IMG/VR virus record: IMGVR_UViG_3300033076_001052
Coordinates: 1-36,665 of that record
DNA from: a virus
Taxonomy: Duplodnaviria > Caudoviricetes
DNA: 36,665 nt
Direction: 5' to 3' (one strand)
Below, one piece after another: positions 8,426 to 17,749 of the stretch; the stretch's first letter is position 1; each line of letters begins with the position of its first letter. The notes beneath the pieces were generated by a model. That model saw only the letters and a program-made list of their open reading frames with translations, did no database searches and was not told the DNA's origin. The position numbers and the translations under genes were made by a program.

Positions 8426-9570
8426 AATACCGAAGCGCCAAGGGCACCGTCATCAACATCCCCGACGGTATCGACCCGAAACAAGTCGCAGCAATCAAAG
8501 CCGATGCAGATGCCGGATACGGTACGCGCGCGCAAAAAACGGCCGATTCTTACGGAAAGAAAGCGGCTTCCGGCTCTGTCGATTACGGCTACGGCGGCGG
8601 CCTAACCGCAGAGCCCGAACCGCAGGCCGATACAGCGGCGCCCGGTTGGGACGCACGGAAAGAGGCGCGCCTTAATTGGCTCATGAAGAACCGGCCGAAC
8701 GATCCGCAGGTCGCAAAACTCAAATCACTGAAAGCAGGCGGCGGCGTCGCGGGCGGTTCCGGCGTTGTCGGTCCGACCGTAAGCAAGGGCACCGTCGGCA
8801 AAACGGGAACGATCGACCCGGTGCAGGCAAGCGAAGACGTCGCGAAAGCCGAAGCCGATGACATTGCAACCAACTTCCAGCTTGAGCACCCGCAAATCAT
8901 CACGGACGCAAACGGGAATACTCGCGAGATTACGCGCCATGCAGATGGCACCGTGACCGTAAAGGACACGGCGGGCGGCATCTCTCAGACGTTCAAAGAC
9001 TTGGCTACCGCTGCGGCTCAGTCGTTCAACGGCGACGAGGACCGAAAGAAGGCCGAAGAGGCGACATACGGAACGCTCACGAAATATTACGATCGCGACA
9101 TGGCGCGAGAGCTCGAAGACCAGAAGCAGGAGCTTGCCAATCGAGGCATCCCGTACGATCCCGTAGCGGCTCAAGATCCGAACACGAAAAACCTCTACGG
9201 AAAGACCATCGGCGCGATCAATGAGAAGTATCGAGGATTGAAAGACCAGGCTTCGCAACAAGCGGTCATTACCGGGAACCAAGCCTATGCGACCACGTCG
9301 GCAGCCCGCGACAGCTTCCTGAACGGCGTCCTGAATGGCGCTTCGACGTTCAGCGGCAACTTCGGCCCCTACTCGAATAGCGTCACGACCGATTCGTCGG
9401 GCGATACGAAGGACATCCTTACGATGGGCGCCGGGCAGTACATGACGAAATACGGCATCGACCAAGACACGTACACCAAGAAACTCGCGATCGCGAAACA
9501 AGGCTCGGGCGGCGGCGGCGGAAAGAGTAGCGGTTCGAGCGACAGCGGCGGCGGCTTCGATCTTCAATAG
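8422..9570 (+). CDS. Putative ejection (pilot-like) protein (382 aa)
   Basis: ATG at 8422 overlaps the nozzle stop (ATGA). 'Q.LANRGIP' motif, Gly-rich segments, position after the nozzle. Confidence 0.55.
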   Translation: MKYRSAKGTVINIPDGIDPKQVAAIKADADAGYGTRAQKTADSYGKKAASGSVDYGYGGGLTAEPEPQADTAAPGWDARKEARLNWLMKNRPNDPQVAKLKSLKAGGGVAGGSGVVGPTVSKGTVGKTGTIDPVQASEDVAKAEADDIATNFQLEHPQIITDANGNTREITRHADGTVTVKDTAGGISQTFKDLATAAAQSFNGDEDRKKAEEATYGTLTKYYDRDMARELEDQKQELANRGIPYDPVAAQDPNTKNLYGKTIGAINEKYRGLKDQASQQAVITGNQAYATTSAARDSFLNGVLNGASTFSGNFGPYSNSVTTDSSGDTKDILTMGAGQYMTKYGIDQDTYTKKLAIAKQGSGGGGGKSSGSSDSGGGFDLQ

Positions 9571-9576
9571 AGGCGT

Positions 9577-10662
9577 ATGGCGGACGAATACATTGCAGGA
9601 CTCGGAACGGGCGACCTTCAGTCATTCAATAACTCCGTAATTCAGTCGGATCCCTACAACCTTGTCGGGAATTCGATCGCGGCATGGCGCCCGAACACGT
9701 CGACATGGTCACCGGGAACGACAGCGGCAACGGCATTTGGGCAGGCATTTCTTTCGAGTCTTCTCGGAAACTACGCGCGGCAGAGGGCGGCGGATCAGAC
9801 GAATGCGGTCATCAGTGTATTGCCGCAGCTTCGGACGGATCCGATGTCGGTAGCGGCGCCGGAAGGCGTTGCCCCGGACGCATTTGCTACGCTCAAGGCT
9901 AACGCTTTCCTCAAGAACCAGATTTCGGAAGGTGCGCAGGACGAGGCGAAGAAAAGCCGCGTCGCGGCGCTCCTCAATACCGTTCTGGGTGAAAGCGTCA
10001 GGAGTGGAAAGACAACCCCGGACGAAGCCATTAAGATCGCATCAAGCGACGATCCGGTCGCTGCGTTAAATGAGGCAGCGACAAGCCGAACACCGGTGAC
10101 CCTCTCTCCGTACGACAAGGCGCTTGCGAAATACGGAGATCCCGAACTTGCTCGCGCATACGTAAAGGCAACGAATCCAGAATTCCTCGCGGCGCAGGTC
10201 GATGCCGAACGACAAAAGTCAGGCGTCGATCTTTCGCAGAAAGCTACCGAAAAGCAGGCAGCCAACTTGCAAGCCTTGGAGTTTTCCGCAAAGCAATTCG
10301 AGGACGCAAAAAATCTCTCGAGTATCGCCGCTATGTTTCCGGGCACGACTTCGGCAAACGAAATGGCGGGCATCCAAACGAACCTCCGAACGAAGCTCCA
10401 ACAGATGCTCGGGCGCGAGATGAACGGCCCGGAGCAGGCAAAGCTAATGGAGGCCCTTCCGGACTGGAACGACTCGAAGGCGCAGATCGACTCAAAGAAG
10501 ACGAAATTCCTTGAGCTCGTCAGCAGTCTTTCCCCGCCATCCGTCGGCGCGACATTGGCGCCGACATTGACCGTACCGGACGCGGCGCCGCAGAGCGTCC
10601 CGCCGGGCATGAAGCTGCAGCGCAATAAACTCACCGGCGAAACGAGGCTCGTACCGCAATGA
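9577..10662 (+). CDS. Putative ejection protein (361 aa)
   Basis: SD GAGG, Ala/Gln-rich helical protein, C-terminal 'RNKLTGE' motif, ATGA coupling to the next gene. Confidence 0.55.
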   Translation: MADEYIAGLGTGDLQSFNNSVIQSDPYNLVGNSIAAWRPNTSTWSPGTTAATAFGQAFLSSLLGNYARQRAADQTNAVISVLPQLRTDPMSVAAPEGVAPDAFATLKANAFLKNQISEGAQDEAKKSRVAALLNTVLGESVRSGKTTPDEAIKIASSDDPVAALNEAATSRTPVTLSPYDKALAKYGDPELARAYVKATNPEFLAAQVDAERQKSGVDLSQKATEKQAANLQALEFSAKQFEDAKNLSSIAAMFPGTTSANEMAGIQTNLRTKLQQMLGREMNGPEQAKLMEALPDWNDSKAQIDSKKTKFLELVSSLSPPSVGATLAPTLTVPDAAPQSVPPGMKLQRNKLTGETRLVPQ

Positions 10663-13322
10663 GCGATTGGGAAGATGTCGCCATAGGACCGCCCGCAACC
10701 GCCGCCCCTTCCGGCGCTGCGGACGCGTGGGAGGATGTCGCGTTTGGCGCTCCCGCGACTGCCGCACCCTCCCTATCCGGCGGAAATTTGGTCAAAAACG
10801 AACTCTTCTCTCTCGGCAATCGGGCGGTAGAGGGAACGGCCGATCTTACGAATTCGGTCGTGGATAACGTGTCGCCGATCGCCTCCATGCTCTCAAGACT
10901 CGTCACGGGCAAGGATCCGTCGCAGATCGTCGACTTCGGCGGCGGGGTCAAAGAGACAGCGAAAGAGGCATATCTCTACGGCCCCGAGAAATCACAAACC
11001 ACTATCGGAAGGATTCTTGGTCAAGTCGCGTACAATGCTCCGGGCGCGGCGATTCCGGGCGGATCTCTCGGCACTCGATTGGCGTCAGTCCTCGGGTCGG
11101 GAGTCGCTAGCGGCGTTACTCGCGAGGTTACCGATAGTCCGGTTGCTGATGCTGTCGCTACGGTTTTGGGTGGTGCGGCCCCGAGTGTAGCCTCTGGCGC
11201 CCTGACCGCAACGAAGGGCCTAGCGGAAGACGCGTACAAGGCCGGAAAGCGGGCTCTATTTGGCGCATCCGACGAAGAAGCGAGCGTCATCGCGGGCGAG
11301 GCACTGCGAGACTATACAAAGCTCACTCCCGAACAGGTCGAAGCAGCGATCGCGGCGAGACCACGCGATGCGCTCGGTGAGAAAATGACGACGGCCGAGA
11401 TCACCGGAAACGCGCCTATAGCCCAACTTGAAAAAGTGCTTACCGGTGAAGGCGAAAGAGCGCAGATCTATAAACAGCTCCAGTCCGACCGAGCGGGCAT
11501 TCGCGATCAAATGCTGAATCGCATGACGCCAACTGAGGCTGTAAACCCTGAAGCTCTCGGCGAGACGCTCATAGCAGAAGGGTTGCGTAAAAAGGCCGAT
11601 CTTGAGACGGCGGCGCGGGCAGCATGGGAGGACTTTCCCAAGTCCGAAGTCGTCAACATAGCACCGGAACAAGATGTATTACGCACACTGGTCAATTCAA
11701 CCGATCAAGGGCTTCCTGTCGATCGCAGGCTCTCGACCTTGATCGATAAGATGACGAGCGTGCATTCGAACTGGGAGGAGGCCAAAGCGCTCGCGCCGTC
11801 GCAGCGCAGATCGGGACAGCTTCAGGCGATCCGCTCGGATACTCTCGACCTAATTCGCGACGGCAATTTGGGCGGCAACGATAAGCGAATCGCGACAATA
11901 CTTCAGAGCTCGATTGATACGGCTCTTGAGCGCGAATTGAAGGGCAACGCTTACAATAAGTGGCAAGATGCCCGAGCGGCAACGTCCGACATTTTCGAAA
12001 CGTTCGGGCGGCGCACGGCTGGCGGCACCATTACGCGGGACGACATTCGAACGAGCAATGTACTTGCTCGCGCATTCCGGGGTGATTCGAAGTCTGTCGT
12101 TCAGCTAAAAGCGGCGATCGACGACAATCCGGAGGTCCTAAACGACGTGAAGCGCGGCGTTTTGGACATGATAAAACGCGACGCGGAAGACAGAATAACG
12201 CCCGCCGCAATGAAGAAATTTCTTGCGGCAAACGAAGGCGGAATTAAGCAGCTTTTCGGCGAATCGCACTTTGATGACATGGAGCGGATAGCCGAAGATC
12301 TCGCGACCGAGGCGAATACACATAAGCTGGCGTACGGCGCGAGCAAAGGGAACTCGATCACCAGTCAATCAAACTCGATCAAGGCCGTATTTTCATCTCT
12401 GCTTGAAGATAAAATTGAGCCGCCGGGGATGCTCGGAAAGGTTTGGTCGGCGCTGCGGGATCGCGGTCAGAAAATTACCGAAGCGAAGGTGCGGGAAGCA
12501 ATTTTCAACGCCGCGCTCGATCCTGCGACGGCGGCGGATTTGCTACGGAAGCCGACCCCGTCTCGACTTGAGTCGATCGGTTCCGCTCTAAATGCTCTCG
12601 CATCCGGCGTCCAATCTGGAGCTCTTCGAGGGGGTCTAGCGGGCGCGACGGTCGCGTCAGGATCGAGACCACAAGAAGAAACGCAACAAGAAGAAGGGCA
12701 AGGAGAATCAGGAATGACATTTCCGCAGTCTCCTACCGCGTCGACCCCTACTCAAGACCTTTTGCAAAAGGTCACGCAATCCGGATCCCCGAAATCCCTC
12801 GGAACCGTAATCAATGCAGTTCTTTCAACCAAGGGTGCAAAAATGGACAACCCCGAAGCATTCGGCGCGAAGGTCGTACAGATCGCAGACGAGCTCGAAA
12901 CCGATCCCGCTCACTTGATGCAGGTCATGAAGTTTGAGACCGGCGGGGAGCTCAGCACCAAGACCAAGAATCAAGCCGGATCCGGCGCGACTGGATTGAT
13001 CCAATTCATGCCCGATACGGCAAAGCGGCTCACCGGCGCCGACACGAAAGCCGCAGCGATCAAGATCCTCGAAAGCATGACGCCGACAGAACAGCTCGAT
13101 TACGTCAAAAAGTACCTCGAACCGTTCAAGGGCAAACTCAAGAGCCTCGACGACGTCTATATGGCCGTCCTGTACCCCAAGGCAATCGGAGAAGACCCCG
13201 ATTACGCGCTCTTCAAGAAAGGCACAAAAGCCTATTGGCAAAATCGCGGCCTCGACATCGACAAAGACGGAGTCGTCACGAAATCGGAAGCGGCCAGCAA
13301 GGTCAGGACGTACGAGGCGTAA
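10659..13322 (+). CDS. Large ejection protein (887 aa) with a C-terminal lysozyme-like / lytic transglycosylase (SLT) domain
   Basis: C-terminal 'LMQVMKFETGG...SGATGLIQFMPDTA...EQLDYVKKYL...DVYMAVLYP' SLT motifs (catalytic E in FET) and EF-hand-like DIDKDGVVTKSE. Confidence 0.8.
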   Translation: MSDWEDVAIGPPATAAPSGAADAWEDVAFGAPATAAPSLSGGNLVKNELFSLGNRAVEGTADLTNSVVDNVSPIASMLSRLVTGKDPSQIVDFGGGVKETAKEAYLYGPEKSQTTIGRILGQVAYNAPGAAIPGGSLGTRLASVLGSGVASGVTREVTDSPVADAVATVLGGAAPSVASGALTATKGLAEDAYKAGKRALFGASDEEASVIAGEALRDYTKLTPEQVEAAIAARPRDALGEKMTTAEITGNAPIAQLEKVLTGEGERAQIYKQLQSDRAGIRDQMLNRMTPTEAVNPEALGETLIAEGLRKKADLETAARAAWEDFPKSEVVNIAPEQDVLRTLVNSTDQGLPVDRRLSTLIDKMTSVHSNWEEAKALAPSQRRSGQLQAIRSDTLDLIRDGNLGGNDKRIATILQSSIDTALERELKGNAYNKWQDARAATSDIFETFGRRTAGGTITRDDIRTSNVLARAFRGDSKSVVQLKAAIDDNPEVLNDVKRGVLDMIKRDAEDRITPAAMKKFLAANEGGIKQLFGESHFDDMERIAEDLATEANTHKLAYGASKGNSITSQSNSIKAVFSSLLEDKIEPPGMLGKVWSALRDRGQKITEAKVREAIFNAALDPATAADLLRKPTPSRLESIGSALNALASGVQSGALRGGLAGATVASGSRPQEETQQEEGQGESGMTFPQSPTASTPTQDLLQKVTQSGSPKSLGTVINAVLSTKGAKMDNPEAFGAKVVQIADELETDPAHLMQVMKFETGGELSTKTKNQAGSGATGLIQFMPDTAKRLTGADTKAAAIKILESMTPTEQLDYVKKYLEPFKGKLKSLDDVYMAVLYPKAIGEDPDYALFKKGTKAYWQNRGLDIDKDGVVTKSEAASKVRTYEA
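10668..10772 (+). repeat. 60-nt-period tandem duplication (WEDVAIGPPATAAPS / WEDVAFGAPATAAPS)
   Basis: tgggaagatgtcgcc... and tgggaggatgtcgcg... lie 60 nt apart. Confidence 0.8.
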
Positions 13323-13702
13323 TGGACAAGGTAGTAGTCGATCCCCTCCGGATCTACGAGGTAAACGGCCAAGTTTGCCCGCTCCTATGCGCAGCATTCG
13401 AACTCACGGCCGGAAACAATCAACAGATCGTCGCGGCTACGAGCGGAAAGCGCGTACGCGTAATGGGCTGGATAGCGCAGGCGGCAGGCGCGGCGGTTGC
13501 GGGATATCGATTCAAATCGAACAGCGGCGGCACAACCATCATGCCGATCCTACGCGCACCAATGTCCACGAACGGCGATTTACACACCATTGAAATCGTC
13601 GATTCGGGGCGCTGCGAAACATCGACCGGACACGGGCTGTATGCTGATGCGGGTGCCGATATGTCGCTGTGTGTTTTCTACATCGTTTACACTCCAACAT
13701 GA
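13322..13702 (+). CDS. Small beta-sandwich protein (126 aa); paralogue of 3319..3657
   Basis: ATG overlaps the upstream TAA. 'IVAATSGKRVRVMG ... GRCETSTGHGL' motif. Confidence 0.7.
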   Translation: MDKVVVDPLRIYEVNGQVCPLLCAAFELTAGNNQQIVAATSGKRVRVMGWIAQAAGAAVAGYRFKSNSGGTTIMPILRAPMSTNGDLHTIEIVDSGRCETSTGHGLYADAGADMSLCVFYIVYTPT

Positions 13703-13708
13703 GGACCG

Positions 13709-13960
13709 ATGGATCCAATTTGGCAAAAGATCATTGAACAGGCTCCGAGTCTCGGCGTTTTGGTTTGGGTCGTTGTGTACTTCCTACGGCACATGAAAGA
13801 TATCGCGGCAGTCGCGATAAAGGGACTGCACGATGTATTCGAGCGCAATACCGACGCGCTTAACCGCAACACCGAACAACTCGGAAAAAGCGTCTATGTG
13901 ATTGACCGCGAAAACGCGGCGCAGCAACAAAACGGAAGGGTGAGACATGTTCGAGAGTAA
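13709..13960 (+). CDS. Holin-like membrane protein (83 aa, 1 TM plus coiled coil)
   Basis: SD GAGGA, hydrophobic 'LGVLVWVVVYFL', then 'ERNTDALNRNTEQL'; located at the end of the late operon. Confidence 0.5.
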   Translation: MDPIWQKIIEQAPSLGVLVWVVVYFLRHMKDIAAVAIKGLHDVFERNTDALNRNTEQLGKSVYVIDRENAAQQQNGRVRHVRE

Positions 13961-14132
13961 GGGGTGGTGGAGAAACATTGGTAGCACATTGGCAGGCATC
14001 GGCGCGATTGCAACGCAATTGCCGGACCCGAGAGCGCAGGCAATCGGACAAGTCCTTTTGCAGCTCGGCGGATTGATTGGCGGCGCGGGCGTGCTTCGCG
14101 CGGCATCTCAGGGGAATCTCACGATCAAATGA
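13947..14132 (+). CDS. Holin-like small membrane protein (61 aa, 2 TM)
   Basis: 'SKGWWRN' followed by two Gly-rich hydrophobic helices. Confidence 0.5.
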   Translation: MFESKGWWRNIGSTLAGIGAIATQLPDPRAQAIGQVLLQLGGLIGGAGVLRAASQGNLTIK

Positions 14133-14401
14133 GATTTGCCGCACGGGTCGACGCAAACCACAAAGAGATCGCGGACGGTCTCCGTGAGGCAGGTCGATCC
14201 GTGCTCAGTCTTCACCGGCTTGGGCAGGATGCGCCGGATCTTCTCGTTGGGAACGGCGACACGAATGTATTGCTCGAAGTGAAGACGAGCAAAGGAAAGC
14301 TATCCGACGGGCAACGGGAGTTTTTCGAAAGTTGGCGCGGGCCGAAGGCGGTCGTCAGATCTCTCGACGAAGCGCTGCGGGCGACTAGCTTCGCTCGGTG
14401 A
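14129..14401 (+). CDS. VRR-NUC-like PD-(D/E)XK endonuclease / resolvase (90 aa)
   Basis: 'ARVDAN..EI...LR..G', 'PDLLVG', 'LLEVK..KGKLSDGQ..F' motifs. Confidence 0.8.
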   Translation: MRFAARVDANHKEIADGLREAGRSVLSLHRLGQDAPDLLVGNGDTNVLLEVKTSKGKLSDGQREFFESWRGPKAVVRSLDEALRATSFAR

Positions 14402-14618
14402 CGGTTATCGCATAACGCGCCTTGCTTTTCATTCCCGCGAGGTCTTCTCTGGCATCTTGTATAGCCTCATCTCGGACATACTTCGATTCCGGATTTGTCC
14501 ATTCGAATTCCGGGAACGCGGCGATCAGGTACGTCATGAGGCCCCGCACGCAGACAGGACAACCGCCATCCACGAAACTAGCCATATACGCAATCTTCTT
14601 TGCTTCATCGATTGTCAT
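14385..14618 (-). CDS. Hypothetical protein (77 aa, DGGCPVC motif)
   Basis: ATGA-coupled to the upstream 356-aa gene; last gene of the leftward operon. Confidence 0.6.
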   Translation of the reverse strand: MTIDEAKKIAYMASFVDGGCPVCVRGLMTYLIAAFPEFEWTNPESKYVRDEAIQDAREDLAGMKSKARYAITVTERS

Positions 14619-15685
14619 TGCCGAAACCCCATATTCACCACACCGATCTGTTTCTTCCCCGCCATTAGTCGCCCGGTCGGCTTACCCGTCAGCTTGATCG
14701 CTTTCTTCGCGATCAGGTCTCCGAATTCCTGGAAATAGTATCTCCATCGCCCATCCGCAAAGGGCTCGGGCTTTCCGCTTACGGCAATCAACTTCCCGTT
14801 GTCTCCGACGAGCGACAGACGATCGACGCGCTGCGGGATGATAACAACCGGCTTGAGCGCTCGCGGCTCAGGCGGGACCATGTGTTGATCGGCCTTTGGT
14901 TTGACCACGGAATGCGGCTGTAGTTTCACCGCGCCTTGGTCGGTCGCAAGGAAAGCCTGCATGCGCATGAGGTCGGATGTCGGCCAGAACTTGCGCTGCG
15001 GTCTCGGTGTCGCGTCATTTCGTCCGGATCGGCCATTGTTCTGAGAGGTCCAGATAAAAAACACATCAGCGTCCGAGAATCGCGATTTGAGCGCCGTTAC
15101 GTTTGCGTCGAAGGCATCCGTACCATCGAAACTGAAATTGTATCTACCGCCGGTTTTGGGCTTCTGGGCAGCGTCTCCATGGACCTCATTAATGATGCGC
15201 GGACCGGGCGGAATGAACGCGCCCTTTCCGAGCCATGGGTTGTTTACGTAAACGCATCGCTCGGGAATGACGGCAAGGACTCTTTGTGCAAGGTCAGCGG
15301 CATCCAAAGCATTAAGTTGATGCTCGGTTGCTCCTGAAAACTGGCACTCCACACCCGGAAATTTATTGACGACATATAGACCTCTCCGAGCCTCAGCAAC
15401 GATCGCCGGAAAGTCGCCCTTTCGGAAGGTGTGAGTATCCGACCACCGAAGGTTGTACCGCACCAACGGGATACGGCGCTTTGATAGGGCAGCATCGACA
15501 ACGGGATATCCATCTCCGAAAATCTCCTTTTGCGTAAAAATCCCGAGCGCGAAGCCGTCAGGATGCGATTCCGCGATCGTTTTCGCGTACTTCGCACCGC
15601 CGAGCTGATCGATCCCATAGTAGCGCGGATCGGCGCTCGCGGTTGATATTAGAATGACAAGGGTTAGAAGAATTCGACGAATCAT
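14615..15685 (-). CDS. Secreted protein (356 aa), possible TIM-barrel glycoside hydrolase
   Basis: Signal peptide MIRRILLTLVILISTASA|D. The mature part starts 'YYGID' followed by regularly spaced beta-strand motifs (LGIF, VRYNL, QFSG, VYVNN, INEVH, NFSFD, VFFIW). The function is inferred. Confidence 0.65.
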   Translation of the reverse strand: MIRRILLTLVILISTASADPRYYGIDQLGGAKYAKTIAESHPDGFALGIFTQKEIFGDGYPVVDAALSKRRIPLVRYNLRWSDTHTFRKGDFPAIVAEARRGLYVVNKFPGVECQFSGATEHQLNALDAADLAQRVLAVIPERCVYVNNPWLGKGAFIPPGPRIINEVHGDAAQKPKTGGRYNFSFDGTDAFDANVTALKSRFSDADVFFIWTSQNNGRSGRNDATPRPQRKFWPTSDLMRMQAFLATDQGAVKLQPHSVVKPKADQHMVPPEPRALKPVVIIPQRVDRLSLVGDNGKLIAVSGKPEPFADGRWRYYFQEFGDLIAKKAIKLTGKPTGRLMAGKKQIGVVNMGFRQ

Positions 15686-15700
15686 TACCTTGGTCTCCTT

Positions 15701-15973
15701 TCACCAAAACAAAGCCCCAAACGCCCGCGCAATCCCATACAGCGCATACGCTTGCATCTTCAATTTCACGCTCTTTCGCTCCTCAGCTATCCGCAGCATC
15801 GACGCGAGCAATGCGCTATCGGCCTCCGATCTTGTGCGCGGCTTGAATCCGGAGTCTCGAGATTCGTAGATGCGATCGTGCGCTTGGCAAGCGGGCTCAA
15901 ACGGATGATCGGCCGGCAGTGAGAAGATGCCGTAGCCGCAGACCTCGTTGGGGTCGTTTTCGAAGGTGCTCAT
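15701..15973 (-). CDS. DUF1353 / phospholipase A2-like small protein (90 aa)
   Basis: 'CG...F..AC..HD..Y......R.EAD..L...M.......A...Y...R.FG' pattern with the His-Asp dyad. Confidence 0.65.
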   Translation of the reverse strand: MSTFENDPNEVCGYGIFSLPADHPFEPACQAHDRIYESRDSGFKPRTRSEADSALLASMLRIAEERKSVKLKMQAYALYGIARAFGALFW

Positions 15974-16095
15974 TTATCCTCATACAGCGGATTATTCGGC
16001 CTCTTTCGCCACGGTGCCGGATTATATCCCCGCACGTACCCGACCGTTTCGCCGATGAATCCGATCGCTTTCCAGATGATCGAGGAGAGTTTCAT
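15970..16095 (-). CDS. Small hypothetical protein (41 aa, MKLSSIIWKAIGF...), not in the ORF track
   Basis: Start overlaps the upstream TGA and stop overlaps the downstream ATG; SD GAAGGGGAAG. Confidence 0.5.
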   Translation of the reverse strand: MKLSSIIWKAIGFIGETVGYVRGYNPAPWRKRPNNPLYEDK

Positions 16096-16493
16096 CACTT
16101 CCCCTTCTCGGGCGGAACGCCCGTCCCGCCGTCGCAATCCCAACAGAAACGCAGCTCAAGTTTTCGAACCTCAGAGAGCGCTTTGATAATCACATCAAGG
16201 TTTGGGTAGTTGAAATATCCGTCCCTGTGTCCGGTAAACCAAAGATGGCGAACGCCGTCAAAGAGTGCATACCCATCGAAGTAGATCTCTCCCCACGACT
16301 CCGCATCCCATGGCTTGATGTCTCTCGGATAGATCTCATTTCCAGTGCAACAAATGCAGGCGAAGCGAACGACGTCATCCGCGTTTTGCCAGTATAGGCG
16401 CACGTCGCCGGCTATCTCGATGAACTCACCAGAGCGCCAATCGAAGTGCTCTACTTTTAGGTCCTTAAGCTGAACTGGCTCATTCTCACTCAT
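16095..16493 (-). CDS. Hypothetical protein (132 aa)
   Basis: Translationally coupled at both ends; 'DG...FDGVRHL.F...DGY.NYP' motif. Confidence 0.65.
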   Translation of the reverse strand: MSENEPVQLKDLKVEHFDWRSGEFIEIAGDVRLYWQNADDVVRFACICCTGNEIYPRDIKPWDAESWGEIYFDGYALFDGVRHLWFTGHRDGYFNYPNLDVIIKALSEVRKLELRFCWDCDGGTGVPPEKGK

Positions 16494-16618
16494 AACTTCC
16501 CCTTCTCGTTGATCTCATCGTTCGTGCAGTCGTCGCAGAGATGCAGCTCGGGCCAATCAACTTTAACCTCTGCAAGCTCACCGCAGCGCGTACACTCTTC
16601 GATCTTCTTCTCGCTCAT
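16490..16618 (-). CDS. Small zinc-finger protein (42 aa; CTRC...LCDDC), not in the ORF track
   Basis: MSEKKIEECTRCGELAEVKVDWPELHLCDDC...; ATGA overlaps on both sides. Confidence 0.55.
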   Translation of the reverse strand: MSEKKIEECTRCGELAEVKVDWPELHLCDDCTNDEINEKGKL

Positions 16619-16881
16619 CCTCTCACCCTCCTAGCCATAGCAAGCACTCTATTCGCGACCTCAACCGCATACTCATCAGCGCAACCGCGAACGATCGTCA
16701 TGTAGAAGATTATCGCCATCGATACGCCAGTGATTACGGGCTCGCTGTTAATGACCTCTCGCAACCTCTGGTTCTCATCGATCAGCGCCATCATTCGCGC
16801 CTGGTCTACGGCCTCCCCGCTATTGTTGAGGCACATGGTTTTCGTCAGGCGTGCTTTTTTGTAGGTTGTGGGGCGGGTCAT
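16615..16881 (-). CDS. Hypothetical protein (88 aa)
   Basis: ATG at 16881 overlaps the upstream stop; SD GAGGAAG. Confidence 0.55.
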   Translation of the reverse strand: MTRPTTYKKARLTKTMCLNNSGEAVDQARMMALIDENQRLREVINSEPVITGVSMAIIFYMTIVRGCADEYAVEVANRVLAMARRVRG

Positions 16882-17147
16882 TTCTTCCTCGCCTCTCCGA
16901 ATCCGCATTTGTCGCAGTGCCGCCACCCATCCTTTGTGTCGCGCCGGTCACGAGTGCCGCACATTGGGCAGCAATCGTCCTTCCGCTCCTCAAGTTTCCT
17001 GATGTAGGCCCGTAGGAACCGCACAGCCCTGTCACTCGTCCACTCGCCGCCGGGGAGATCGATCTCGCTGTATCCAATCTTCCCCAATCGTCGGAGGTGG
17101 TAGCGCGCCCTCTGCTTCTCCTCTTTTGGTTGCTTCGGGTCTTTCAT
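16878..17147 (-). CDS. Hypothetical protein with C-terminal zinc ribbon (89 aa)
   Basis: CPMCG...CDKCG; coupled starts and stops. Confidence 0.6.
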   Translation of the reverse strand: MKDPKQPKEEKQRARYHLRRLGKIGYSEIDLPGGEWTSDRAVRFLRAYIRKLEERKDDCCPMCGTRDRRDTKDGWRHCDKCGFGEARKK

Positions 17148-17749
17148 CCTTCTGCCTCTTCCTTCCGCTCCTCGGCTTCGACGGATTCGCGGTCCTTCGC
17201 CTCACTCGGCTCAGTGACCGGGACCGCGTAGACTTGCTCAAGGCGAGAGTGTTCCGACATGAACCATCGCTGTTCCTTCTCGCTCGGATTCGTGAGGACG
17301 TTACAGGCGAACCATTTCCCGTCATGGTCAACCTTCCAAAGAATCCACACCTTCGGAGCCCCCTCTATCCTCGCCTTCAGCTCATCCCGCTCGCGCTCCA
17401 GTTCGGTGTACCTGTCAAGCCACGTAGCGTTGTGCGACTCCAGCCTCGCAATCTCGCGCTCCAGCTCGGCGATGCACCGGGATAGATCGCTTTCCGACCG
17501 TTTGAATTCAACACCGAGATTAACCACTTCAAGCATCTCGTTTTTCAGCTTCTCATATTCCGAAAGCTTCCGATCTTTCTCGGCGACGTGGGCACGGATG
17601 GCGTCACGGTTCTTCTCGGTCATCACACTCTCGCGCATGGCCTTCTCGAACTCGGTCTCTGGAAAACTCTTCGTCTCGTCGCCGTTCATCGGATCTTGAT
17701 AGCCCCAGTCGTTGGCGACCCAGTCGCCGTCCTTCGTCTCGTCGCTCAT
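17144..17749 (-). CDS. Coiled-coil hypothetical protein (201 aa)
   Basis: 'IAELEREIARLE...ELERERDELKARIE' heptads; coupled to both neighbours. Confidence 0.65.
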   Translation of the reverse strand: MSDETKDGDWVANDWGYQDPMNGDETKSFPETEFEKAMRESVMTEKNRDAIRAHVAEKDRKLSEYEKLKNEMLEVVNLGVEFKRSESDLSRCIAELEREIARLESHNATWLDRYTELERERDELKARIEGAPKVWILWKVDHDGKWFACNVLTNPSEKEQRWFMSEHSRLEQVYAVPVTEPSEAKDRESVEAEERKEEAEG

